Positions 1 to 8,895 of a stretch of DNA of 64,000 nt are shown here, piece after piece (the first letter of the stretch is position 1; every line of letters begins with the position of its first letter). The DNA lies in the IMG/VR virus record IMGVR_UViG_3300021254_000035, positions 2,420-66,419 of that record; one strand, given 5' to 3'. The notes under the pieces were generated by a model that saw only the letters and a list, made by a program, of their open reading frames with translations, did not search any database and was not told the DNA's origin. Source of the stretch: a virus (Duplodnaviria > Caudoviricetes). The position numbers and the translations under genes were made by a program.

Positions 1-6
1 AATTTT

Positions 7-2082
7 GTGGAGGAATACACCTTTGCGGATAACCTAGATAGGAGCAACGGCTATTACCTTGACTGGGAAACGGCAGAACCTGTTGCCAACCTTTCCTATT
101 TCATCTCTGGTGCTATCCCTGTCCATAAAGGAGACAAGATTTCCATTAACAATATGCACGAAAGCGGTGGAGTTGCCGCTATTGCCTATGTGGACGTGGT
201 GGAAGGTGTCACAACATACACGCCAGTTGTAAGGTCGAGGACTTCATCAGACACAAACCTTCATTATGAGTACACATTTGAGAAGGACGGGAACTGCGTA
301 ATAAGCGGACACTTTGATTCCCTGCCAGATATAGAGATAAAGGTGTACCGTGCAGCTTACGATAAGACGGCAGGTGTCAACTATGTAAGTGGGTATGTAG
401 GTAATATACTCGACAAGACGGTCAGAAAAGCCATAAACGTAGAGATTGAAATCAGTGATGAGTATGGTAACGGTGCCTATCTTGACAAAAACTACTGCGA
501 ATATGTAGTGTATGAGGACTACTACATATCCAAGCCTATCAACGTATTGAAAGGTGACTATATCTCGATAACTGGCATCAGGTCATCTGGTACAACCGTG
601 CTTGCATACTATGATGAGGTAGATGGCGATCCTGTGTTTACAAACATCCTCAATGGTGTCACTGGCACAAGGAATTATTCTTATGTAAGCAAGAAGGACG
701 GGCAGGTGGTTATCTGCGGTGGAAAGGACAGCCTTGGCGCAACAACCTTCACAATCAGCAGAGTTGTGCTTGAGGAACTTGCTACAAAGGCAGAGCTTGA
801 GGAAGTTCGTGACATGATAATCAACCACTCGTCACCCAAAATCATCAATCCGTATGCAGGTGTGGATTTTGACAGATCTATCCTTTCACAGTCACATGAG
901 CACTGCTATGATGCAAGCAAGGTGGCAAAGGCATACAAGAGAGGAATTAGGGTTATTGCATGTTCCCACTACCTCCCTGCAGCACCGCGTTATCCGTTGA
1001 GCAGTTTCAGTTGGGAGTATCAGGATTACAAGTCAAAGGAAGCTGTTGACAATGGTGACACTGAGACCGTGACAAGAACAATTACAGGTTCAATCCCAAC
1101 CATTACCGTTGACGGACAGACCATCAATACTGATACAATCCCTCAGATTGCCAATGCAGAACACCCGTTTGTAAAAGGGCAGCGTGAGCACTTCAATATC
1201 CTTGGTCTTTTGTGGGCTGAACCAGGACACTCCCTTGCCAATGGCGACACAGCTACAGCAACATGGAAACGTGAACACGCCCTCGTTACACCTCAAATGC
1301 TGAACGGGCTGCTTGAGGATGAAACAAAGTGGCAGTTCGGCAGTCAGTATGTATTCGGAACTATCAACCATACATACAATGTTGCTTGGATAAAGAGTGC
1401 TCTTAACGCTTGTCCGAACATCTTCAAGGCAATGGAAATCTTCAACCAAGGCTATAGCAAGGGATGGAATGACTTGTTCAAAGTTGCCTACGATTCAGTA
1501 CTGAGGGACGGTATAAGGCTTTGGTGTACTTCCGTTGTTGACTGGCAGAACGATTGGGCGCGATGGGATTACTCGACACAGGCAGAAAAAGACGAGTGGG
1601 CTGAGAAATTCAGTGTTCTTACCCAAGAAGAACAAGATGAGTGGAACGAAGCATACGAAGCCCTGCCTCAGAAAGACAAAGATAGATACGGAAGCTATGA
1701 AGCAGTCGGACTGTATTATGAAGAAACAGGAAGATTCAAGTTTGACCGCGGTGCAAACAGAATCCTGCTTCCGAGTAATTACGATTCCCTTTCGCTTGAG
1801 AACAAGGCAAAAGAGGTGGTCAAGGCATACATCGGCGGTAGATACTACCTTGTTGGACTTGGTAACTATTCGATGCAGATCATAAAGGACGGTTCTGACA
1901 TCACCTTCATGGTCAGTGACCTGTGTCCCAAGATCAGGGTGATCAACGGAAGGATGGCTACTGAATATACGAATGTCGATTCAGTGACTTACAACGCAAA
2001 GATTGGCGACAAATACGTTAGATTTGAAGCAGAGTGGAATGATGGAGACTTCGTGTATAGCAATCCTATTTGGATAGAATAA
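7..2082 (+). CDS. Virion/tail-associated protein: two tandem beta-sandwich-like repeats plus C-terminal PHP-family metallo-phosphoesterase; probably 5'-truncated by the window edge
   Basis: 691-aa ORF from a GTG at the window edge. PHP-like metal ligands SQSHEH, SHY, NAEH, HFN, INHT, EIFN, VVDW. Two similar N-terminal units (YYLD..ISGAIPVHKGDKISI / AYLD..ISKPINVLKGDYISI). Confidence 0.6.
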   Translation: MEEYTFADNLDRSNGYYLDWETAEPVANLSYFISGAIPVHKGDKISINNMHESGGVAAIAYVDVVEGVTTYTPVVRSRTSSDTNLHYEYTFEKDGNCVISGHFDSLPDIEIKVYRAAYDKTAGVNYVSGYVGNILDKTVRKAINVEIEISDEYGNGAYLDKNYCEYVVYEDYYISKPINVLKGDYISITGIRSSGTTVLAYYDEVDGDPVFTNILNGVTGTRNYSYVSKKDGQVVICGGKDSLGATTFTISRVVLEELATKAELEEVRDMIINHSSPKIINPYAGVDFDRSILSQSHEHCYDASKVAKAYKRGIRVIACSHYLPAAPRYPLSSFSWEYQDYKSKEAVDNGDTETVTRTITGSIPTITVDGQTINTDTIPQIANAEHPFVKGQREHFNILGLLWAEPGHSLANGDTATATWKREHALVTPQMLNGLLEDETKWQFGSQYVFGTINHTYNVAWIKSALNACPNIFKAMEIFNQGYSKGWNDLFKVAYDSVLRDGIRLWCTSVVDWQNDWARWDYSTQAEKDEWAEKFSVLTQEEQDEWNEAYEALPQKDKDRYGSYEAVGLYYEETGRFKFDRGANRILLPSNYDSLSLENKAKEVVKAYIGGRYYLVGLGNYSMQIIKDGSDITFMVSDLCPKIRVINGRMATEYTNVDSVTYNAKIGDKYVRFEAEWNDGDFVYSNPIWIE

Positions 2083-2090
2083 GCAAAACA

Positions 2091-2660
2091 ATGGAAAAGA
2101 TCTTCGGATATATATTGCATGTTGGGGAGAGGATCAATGCGATCCTACATACAGTACAGGGGTGGATTGCCGCCCTTGTACTTCTAATCGCTAACTACAT
2201 TGCAGGTCACGAGTTTGCAGTAGGTTTAGTAGTTGCCATTACTATAATGGATGCGGTGTGGGGCATTGCCGTGAGCATTAAGCGGGGTAAGTTCGCACTG
2301 AGTGAGCTGGCACGATTGACGGTTGCAAAGCTGGCGGTGTACGGGTGCGCGATGTTCACGTTCATTGGGTGTGACCGGCTGATTGATGCTAACATTACTA
2401 CGGCTGCAGTGGCCATGGCGATTACCTTGGTGGAGTTCTGGAGTTCGTGCGGTAGTATGCTGATAATCTTTCCGAACCTGCCCGTGCTGAGGCTGTTGAA
2501 GAAGGCTTTGATCGGGGAGATAGCGAGCAAGCTGCATATTCCTGAAGAGGAGGTGGAGAAGGTGCTGGCTGAGTTTGAGAGGAAGAGGAGCCGAGGGAAT
2601 GGTGGAGGGAAGAAGAAGACTGCAACACGGTTGCAGCCTACGGAACAAGAAGAAACATAA
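2091..2660 (+). CDS. Holin
   Basis: About three hydrophobic segments, highly basic C-terminal tail, directly upstream of the endolysin candidate. ATG at 2091 preferred over 2070. Confidence 0.75.
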   Translation: MEKIFGYILHVGERINAILHTVQGWIAALVLLIANYIAGHEFAVGLVVAITIMDAVWGIAVSIKRGKFALSELARLTVAKLAVYGCAMFTFIGCDRLIDANITTAAVAMAITLVEFWSSCGSMLIIFPNLPVLRLLKKALIGEIASKLHIPEEEVEKVLAEFERKRSRGNGGGKKKTATRLQPTEQEET

Positions 2661-2667
2661 ATGAAAT

Positions 2668-3156
2668 ATGATACTGAGGGTTGACAGGAAGTACAGGAAG
2701 GGTGCTTACACGATTTCGAATCTGACGATAGACGGGAAGTGGGTGTGCAACACCATTGAAGACAAGGACAGGGGATTGCACAAGAACATGAGCCTGAGTC
2801 AGATAAGGAACATAAAGGTTAAGGATATGACGGCGATACCAGCGGGAAAGTATAAGATTACGATGAACGTGGTGTCGCCAAAATTCTCTAAGAAGAAATA
2901 CTATCTGGATTTCTGCAAGGGGAGATTACCGAGGCTGCTTGATGTTCCCGGGTTCGATGGGATCCTGATCCATGCAGGAAACCTTACTACGGGAAGGGCT
3001 ACGGCAGGGATGAGTTCGGGATGCTTGCTTTTGGGTTACAACACCGAGAAGGGTGCGCTTACGAAGACCAAGGAGTGCTACGAGAAGGTGTATAAGATGC
3101 TTGATGCAGCCAGCAGGAGGAAGGAGGAGATCTTTATTGTGATAGGCAATGGATGA
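2668..3156 (+). CDS. Endolysin candidate (DUF5675-like, L,D-transpeptidase-type fold)
   Basis: TIED..R, TAIPAGKY, LLDVPGFDGILIHAGN and GCLLLG motifs typical of this Bacteroidetes phage lysin family; follows the holin. Confidence 0.75.
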   Translation: MILRVDRKYRKGAYTISNLTIDGKWVCNTIEDKDRGLHKNMSLSQIRNIKVKDMTAIPAGKYKITMNVVSPKFSKKKYYLDFCKGRLPRLLDVPGFDGILIHAGNLTTGRATAGMSSGCLLLGYNTEKGALTKTKECYEKVYKMLDAASRRKEEIFIVIGNG

Positions 3157-3209
3157 GTGGGACGGCGGCAAGGCCACCGTTTACGGAACAATATATAAAC
3201 AGGAAAAGG

Positions 3210-4508
3210 ATGAAGGCTTACAGATTAGGTAATGATATTTACTTCAGGTGGACGATCAGGGGACTGGATGAAGTGAGCGGTACTAAGGTGATCTCGCTGT
3301 ATCATACAGGGAAGAGTGCACCTGAGACGATATCGTATGAGATAGAGGACGATGTGGTGACAGGTGTGTTCCGAGGAAAGGATCAAACTGAGAAAGGTGC
3401 TTACAGGCTCTTGCTGCAGGTGAACAAAGGTGAGGATGGCATGGTGACACTTGACAAGGTTAATGCCTTCGAGTTGTACGGTGTGAGCGCGTTCGGCATC
3501 GTTGCTGGAGAGGATGATGATGCGATACAAACGGCATCGGTTGAACTGGAGAGTGATCTCAGGACAGGAACATCACCTGAAAGTAGTCAAGTGCAGAGTG
3601 ACTGGGAAGAGGACGATCCAGATGATCCGGCATACATCAAGCACAAGCCCAATATGGCTGCTATCCAACAGTGGCTTGCCCAGACTGTGTGCGGAGGTGC
3701 ATACAACAGCACGCTGAAGAGGCTGGAGTTCAAGGATAAGGATAACACGCTTCTCTTTAGCATTGATGCCACAGCGTTCATCAAGGACGGTATGGTGACG
3801 AATGTGGCTATCGTCAACGGGAACCTGGTTATCACCTTCAACACGGACAGCGGTCAGGAGCCTATCAGCATTCCGATAACAGATATATTCAATCCGAACA
3901 ACTATTATACCAAGAATGACATTGACCTGACGTTTGCCACAATCACGTCGATTGCTGACATGGCAACGAAGACATGGGTGAACAATCAGGGATTCCTGAC
4001 TTCTGCGCCAGTGACATCGGTGAACGGACAGACAGGAGCTGTTTCACTTAGTATTCCAGATGTATCAGGCAAGGCAGAAAAGAGTGAGATGAGTGTTGTC
4101 GATGGTACAGGTACTGATTCGGACAAGACCACCATCACCTTGAAGACAGGTACAAGTGCTACTGTATTGAAGAGCCATCAGGACATTAGTGGCAAAGAGG
4201 ACAAGGTGACTATCGAGAGTGCATCAGGAGCCACATTATCAGCCCAAGTAGGTAAATACTACACTCTTTCAAGCGTAGGCACTCTCGCCATTACCTTGCC
4301 AACGATAGCAGCAGGAACCACCAAGGTTCAGACGGTGACATTCTATGTTGCAGCAGGGAGTACTCCTGCCGTGACATTCACTTCTACACACACTATTATC
4401 TATCCAAAGGACTACAAGATAGAAGCCAATGGACTCTATGAGATAAGTGCTGCTTGGAACGGTATAGGCTGGATTATTGGTCAATTAACACTTGAAATAC
4501 CTACTTGA
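3210..4508 (+). CDS. Tail fibre / baseplate-associated protein
   Basis: VQSDWEEDDPDDPAYIKHKP and VTSVNGQTGAV motifs common in phage fibres; Thr/Ser-rich beta C-terminus. ATG 3210 preferred over 3153. Confidence 0.6.
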   Translation: MKAYRLGNDIYFRWTIRGLDEVSGTKVISLYHTGKSAPETISYEIEDDVVTGVFRGKDQTEKGAYRLLLQVNKGEDGMVTLDKVNAFELYGVSAFGIVAGEDDDAIQTASVELESDLRTGTSPESSQVQSDWEEDDPDDPAYIKHKPNMAAIQQWLAQTVCGGAYNSTLKRLEFKDKDNTLLFSIDATAFIKDGMVTNVAIVNGNLVITFNTDSGQEPISIPITDIFNPNNYYTKNDIDLTFATITSIADMATKTWVNNQGFLTSAPVTSVNGQTGAVSLSIPDVSGKAEKSEMSVVDGTGTDSDKTTITLKTGTSATVLKSHQDISGKEDKVTIESASGATLSAQVGKYYTLSSVGTLAITLPTIAAGTTKVQTVTFYVAAGSTPAVTFTSTHTIIYPKDYKIEANGLYEISAAWNGIGWIIGQLTLEIPT

Positions 4509-4509
4509 T

Positions 4510-4701
4510 ATGAAACTGACAAAGGAAGACTACATGAAACTTGGCCTTGAAAGATGTGCCGAGTTGTTGGTGGAGAGAGATAATGAAGCGAAGATAGAAT
4601 ATATTCCATTCTATCCGTATAATCCTACTCCTACTACTCCTTGGTATAAACATCCCTATTTCATACAAGAGTACACAACCACATGTAAAAAGGAGGACTG
4701 A
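4510..4701 (+). CDS. Small hypothetical protein
   Basis: Fills the gap between fibre and LRR genes with tight spacing. Confidence 0.45.
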   Translation: MKLTKEDYMKLGLERCAELLVERDNEAKIEYIPFYPYNPTPTTPWYKHPYFIQEYTTTCKKED

Positions 4702-4703
4702 GT

Positions 4704-5654
4704 ATGGGAATATTGCTGAACAGACGGAGGTATATGGGAGTGGGTGTAAGCCCAGCAGAATACCTTCAATTTGAAGATGACGAGTTTTGGAGGATATGCT
4801 GTATCAATTTTGGCGACCATGATGGGAGTACACCTATTGGTATAACGGCTGAACAATGTGCTGCCGTTACCACATTAAGGTCGGGTTATCATGCAACTTA
4901 TTTTAGCGGTAACACAACCATAGTATCAGCTAATGACCTGAAGTATTTTACAGGTCTTACCGCCCTTACGGAGTACGCCTTCAATGGTTGCTCTAATTTG
5001 GTGTCGGTTATAATTCCAGAAAACGTCACAGCTATACAGGCTGCATCATTCCAAGAATGTCGCATTCTCGAAACTGTGATAATAAATGCACCATCTAAGA
5101 TTACAAGTATCGGTGGTACAGCTTTCTATAATTGCCGAAAACTTGCAGGTTTCACAATCCCGACAAATGTCACCAGTATTGGAAATCAATCATTCCAGAA
5201 CAACTACCTAATGACAAGTATTGACATACCAAGTGGATTGAGTAGTATCAATAATTATGTCTTTAGTGGTTGTACTGGAGTGACCTCAATTAGTGGCTTT
5301 GACCATATTACAAGCATCGGGCAGTATGGATTTGCCAGTCTTGGATATGCTGGCTATGTTGACTTGGATAGTGTTGTGACTGTTGGTTCAAGTGCATTTG
5401 AAAGCGCAAAAATGACATCCTTACATATAGGTGCTAATTGCACGACTATTACTGGTGCTGCCTTCTTTAATATCAAGAGCCTGCAATGGGTTGTCATAGA
5501 TGCAACAACACCTCCAACTCTTACAAGTACCAACGGCTTTGGCAATGCGTCATATCCTATATATGTTCCTGATGCTTCTTATGATAGCTATGTTGCAGCA
5601 AGCAATTGGAGTTCGTATGGTACAAGAATAAAGAAAATAAGCGAAAAACCATAA
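4704..5654 (+). CDS. BspA-type leucine-rich repeat (LRR_5) protein, probable adhesion/receptor-binding virion protein
   Basis: Repeated xIPxxVTxIGxxAFxxCxxL units and the C-cap IYVPDASYDSYVAASNWSSY. Confidence 0.85.
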   Translation: MGILLNRRRYMGVGVSPAEYLQFEDDEFWRICCINFGDHDGSTPIGITAEQCAAVTTLRSGYHATYFSGNTTIVSANDLKYFTGLTALTEYAFNGCSNLVSVIIPENVTAIQAASFQECRILETVIINAPSKITSIGGTAFYNCRKLAGFTIPTNVTSIGNQSFQNNYLMTSIDIPSGLSSINNYVFSGCTGVTSISGFDHITSIGQYGFASLGYAGYVDLDSVVTVGSSAFESAKMTSLHIGANCTTITGAAFFNIKSLQWVVIDATTPPTLTSTNGFGNASYPIYVPDASYDSYVAASNWSSYGTRIKKISEKP

Positions 5655-5655
5655 T

Positions 5656-6186
5656 ATGAAAAGATACTACAATCCCACCGCGAAAGAGTGGTACACTGAA
5701 GGTAATTCAATTACCAAGAACATATCTAACGGAGTGTTCAGTGGCATTCCAAGTGTTGAACAATTAAAGCAATGGGGATTTGAGGAGTACATTGAACCTA
5801 CCCCAACCCCCGAAGAACTCCTTGCAAGAGCAAAGGCTAACAAGATTGCAGAACTTGAAGCCTATGATGCTTCTGATGCTGTCAATAGCTTTAGTGTCAA
5901 TGGGAAGCAGATGTGGCTTGATGCACAGACAAGGCAGCAGCTACGAATCTCATTGGATGCCATGCAGCAGGCAGAGAGGGAGAATGTGACAAAGTGGTTC
6001 GATGGAGTTGAATACACCTACCCGATAGACGTGTGGTATTATATGCTCGGATTGGTGGAGGTGTATGCAAGTGATGCTCTCAATGTGACAGAGAGCCACA
6101 AGGCGGCTATCAATGCACTGGATGATATTGAGGAGGTGGAGGCATACGAGTTCCATCAGAATTATCCTGAGAAGCTGGCCTTCTAA
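5656..6186 (+). CDS. DUF4376-like tail fibre assembly/chaperone protein
   Basis: AKANKIAELEAYDASDAVNSFSVNG..WLD..R and H.AAINAL..IEEVEAYEF pattern; follows the fibre/LRR genes. Confidence 0.6.
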   Translation: MKRYYNPTAKEWYTEGNSITKNISNGVFSGIPSVEQLKQWGFEEYIEPTPTPEELLARAKANKIAELEAYDASDAVNSFSVNGKQMWLDAQTRQQLRISLDAMQQAERENVTKWFDGVEYTYPIDVWYYMLGLVEVYASDALNVTESHKAAINALDDIEEVEAYEFHQNYPEKLAF

Positions 6187-6236
6187 TTATTAAGTAGTTA
6201 TTAAGTAATTATTAAGTTTAACTAAAAATATAGATT

Positions 6237-6497
6237 ATGAAAGGTTGGCTAAATGTATTATTGGCTGTATTGGCAGCAATTTTCGGAGTGATGCAAGAGG
6301 TATGGTTGGGAACTGAGCCTAACTTCTTATCCTTCTTTGCAACTGCAGCAAGCTATGCGGTGTGCTTTACTTTCTGTGCTGAGATTCTAAAGATGGTCTT
6401 TAAGAAAGGTAACGAATGGAACTGGAATGACTTGATCTTCGGAGGACTCTGCGGTATCTTAACGGCAATAGCGGCTACTGCGGTATGCGTATTCTGA
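6237..6497 (+). CDS. Small membrane protein
   Basis: 86 aa with three hydrophobic segments. Confidence 0.6.
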   Translation: MKGWLNVLLAVLAAIFGVMQEVWLGTEPNFLSFFATAASYAVCFTFCAEILKMVFKKGNEWNWNDLIFGGLCGILTAIAATAVCVF

Positions 6498-6742
6498 ATA
6501 GGATAGGAAGCGACAAGTACCTTCATGTTATCTGCTCGCTTCTTCTTACCTTCTTGATAGGAAGGTTTGCAGGGATATGGCTGACGGTCTATGTCAGTGC
6601 CTTAATAGGTATCGTTGTTGCCTATGACCTTGGGATAATCAAGGAGATTTATGACAGGGCGCACGGTGGAAAGATAGATAAAGATGATCTCTGGGCTGAC
6701 TTTGTTGGTTGTGTGATAGGATTCATAATGTTACTTCTATGA
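6485..6742 (+). CDS. Small membrane protein
   Basis: DKYLH..., KEIYD..., DLWAD motifs with three hydrophobic segments; overlaps both neighbours. Confidence 0.6.
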   Translation: MRILNRIGSDKYLHVICSLLLTFLIGRFAGIWLTVYVSALIGIVVAYDLGIIKEIYDRAHGGKIDKDDLWADFVGCVIGFIMLLL

Positions 6743-7278
6743 AAAAGATAATATTCCTACTGGTAGTAGTTCTTCTTACCGGGTGTAACAAATACAAGAA
6801 GGAGAACGAAAGACTTAGAGAGGAGCTTGCCAAGGCGCAGCAGTATGTTCCACTCAAGAAAGATACGATACGAGACACCGTTGAGGTGGTGACTCAGAAA
6901 GTTATCGAGGTGGAGAAGATCAAGGAAGTCCTTTCAAAGGAAGATAAAGCCTTGATTAAGGATTTGGGCATGAAGATAAAGGAACTGGAGGCCTATCAGA
7001 AGACAGGGATAGAGACAAGAGATACCGTTTTTCTCGTTGAGAAGGACTCAACCAAGGACTCTCCCCTAATCTACCACGATGCTTGGACTGACCTTGAGTA
7101 TTCCAACAGGAAACTTGTTTACTCCATGAGGGATTCATTGGCTATAGCACTAAAGAAAGAGTATAAGCACAGGTTCCTGATCTTTAAGTGGGGAACGAAA
7201 GGATATGACGTGAAAACCGTGAACTTTAACCCACATGCAATAATTAAATATAATACGTATGTGAAAAAGAAGAGATAG
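6739..7278 (+). CDS. Lipoprotein, spanin candidate (DUF6549-like)
   Basis: MKKIIFLLVVVLLTGC lipobox followed by a coiled coil; in the lysis neighbourhood. Confidence 0.55.
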   Translation: MKKIIFLLVVVLLTGCNKYKKENERLREELAKAQQYVPLKKDTIRDTVEVVTQKVIEVEKIKEVLSKEDKALIKDLGMKIKELEAYQKTGIETRDTVFLVEKDSTKDSPLIYHDAWTDLEYSNRKLVYSMRDSLAIALKKEYKHRFLIFKWGTKGYDVKTVNFNPHAIIKYNTYVKKKR

Positions 7279-7391
7279 GGTTGATGGCAGGAATATGCCG
7301 CGGCTAAACCGCGACCTGCTGAGAAAGGAAGCAGGAGATACTGCGGTTACAGTGGTACTGGATTACAAGAAAATAAACATAAGAAAGAGAT

Positions 7392-8213
7392 ATGGAGGTA
7401 CAGATTAGTATTATCAGGAAGAAGGTGCTGCATGTGGTGGAGGGTTTGACGGCCACCATGTCGCAGCATAATGGAGGTGCGCCTACCTTTGAAGAGCTTT
7501 GGGCAAGTGTATCGGAAAGCAAGAAGCTTGATATATGGTGGCGTGACGGTATTCTGGATCTGGAAGAGAACCTGATGAAGTGGGCGAGTGCTACATCACA
7601 GCAGTATGATCTGGTGGCTGATGGCACGGACTACACGCTGAACCTTGTGGTGAGTGACCGATGGAGCGACAAGCTGACAGGACTGTTGGGTAACAAGATA
7701 CAGTATTACCTGGCACATGTGGTTGTAGCAGGCTGGCTTGGTGATTTCAGGGAGATCCAGGCACCTAACTATACTGAGCTGGCTGCAAACGACATGAAGA
7801 GTATCCTGAACATTCTTCTCTATCGTGAACTGGATTTCAGTGAGGATGAGCACAGGACTGACAGTGAGCAGGGTGACGGTTCAGGTGTTGAGGCTTCTGC
7901 TCACCGAACGGACAGTTCCCAGAGTGATTCAGGTGTTGAGGCTTCTGCTCACCGAACAGACACTGATCAGGGTGATGGTTCAGGACTTGGCGATGTTGTT
8001 TCTAGAGACAAGGATGATTCTTATGCCGGATGCTGTAGGAAGTCTGCAGACGGAACGAGCAGAGACAAGGACGATGTTTACATCAGACATGATGGTAACA
8101 AAAAGGATTGTGTTGACTATAACGGTGCTGGTGTGATGATTGGCAACAATGCGATGGACAGTCCGCAGGATGTGCTGAGGGAACTGAGATCAAGAAGACA
8201 CTTTGGCTTTTAA
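7392..8213 (+). CDS. Hypothetical virion protein with C-terminal low-complexity tandem repeats
   Basis: 273-aa ORF; HRTDS..GDGSGVEASA repeats. Confidence 0.6.
   Translation: MEVQISIIRKKVLHVVEGLTATMSQHNGGAPTFEELWASVSESKKLDIWWRDGILDLEENLMKWASATSQQYDLVADGTDYTLNLVVSDRWSDKLTGLLGNKIQYYLAHVVVAGWLGDFREIQAPNYTELAANDMKSILNILLYRELDFSEDEHRTDSEQGDGSGVEASAHRTDSSQSDSGVEASAHRTDTDQGDGSGLGDVVSRDKDDSYAGCCRKSADGTSRDKDDVYIRHDGNKKDCVDYNGAGVMIGNNAMDSPQDVLRELRSRRHFGF
7880..7957 (+). repeat. Intragenic tandem repeat, exact 30-nt core at 48-nt period
   Basis: ttcaggtgttgaggcttctgctcaccgaac at 7880-7909 and 7928-7957, with degenerate flanking copies. Confidence 0.9.
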
Positions 8214-8251
8214 GTAGATAGCAAGTAATTATTAACTAAAACTAAAAATAT

Positions 8252-8800
8252 ATGGATCAAGCTATTACAATTGAGATTAGTCTGGAACAGACTTTGAACG
8301 ATATTCTTGCAGAATGCAACCTTATCGGAAAGAACATGGGTGAGGAGGCGAGTGCTCAGCTTCAGGCTGACATTAAGAGTCCCGACAATCCTGAGACGAG
8401 AAGTATTCTGTGCCGTGCGCACACTGAGGCTTTCGGCAATGTGAAGCTGGCATGCCACAGGTATATCACCATGGGTAGAGTGGAGGATGACAACCGGCTG
8501 GAACGACTGGTGAGCAGTGTTGACACAGACCAAGAAACAGGTGAAGTTACTGCAGTGCATTATGAGAAGGTTGAGCTGGTACTGAAGATCCCTGATTTCA
8601 ACATTGCTGTGACGGATGCGCTGAAGAACCATATCCATAAGTACATTGTGGACTATGTGATGTGGCGTTTCCTGCAGAACCAGGCAGATGCGAAGTGTGC
8701 GGAATACAAGAAGCTGGCCGATGAAGAGGACTATCCGAACATTGAGCACGACCTGACCATCAGGAACAGGTTTACACTGAGAAAACCCCATTGGTATTAA
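8252..8800 (+). CDS. Hypothetical virion protein (adaptor-like); may be a distant paralogue of the N-terminal part of 7392-8213
   Basis: 182-aa ORF. LKNHIHKYIVDYVMWRFL resembles LGNKIQYYLAHVVVAGWL. Confidence 0.55.
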   Translation: MDQAITIEISLEQTLNDILAECNLIGKNMGEEASAQLQADIKSPDNPETRSILCRAHTEAFGNVKLACHRYITMGRVEDDNRLERLVSSVDTDQETGEVTAVHYEKVELVLKIPDFNIAVTDALKNHIHKYIVDYVMWRFLQNQADAKCAEYKKLADEEDYPNIEHDLTIRNRFTLRKPHWY

Positions 8801-8821
8801 CAGAACCATGAATGAGATGAG

Positions 8822-8859
8822 AAAAGGGATGTGTCAAGATAGGCACATCCCTTTTTTTT
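8822..8859. terminator. Bidirectional intrinsic terminator
   Basis: AAAAGGGATGTG...CACATCCCTTTT with a T-run, between convergent genes. Confidence 0.85.
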
Positions 8860-8895
8860 GTTGAAGCGGCAAAAACGCTACCTACAGAGAAAGCT

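Noticed and set aside
7290-7320. GCAGG...CCGCGG/CCGCG...CCTGC structure as a terminator or ncRNA
   Set aside because: Irregular stem with no U-tract; too little support.
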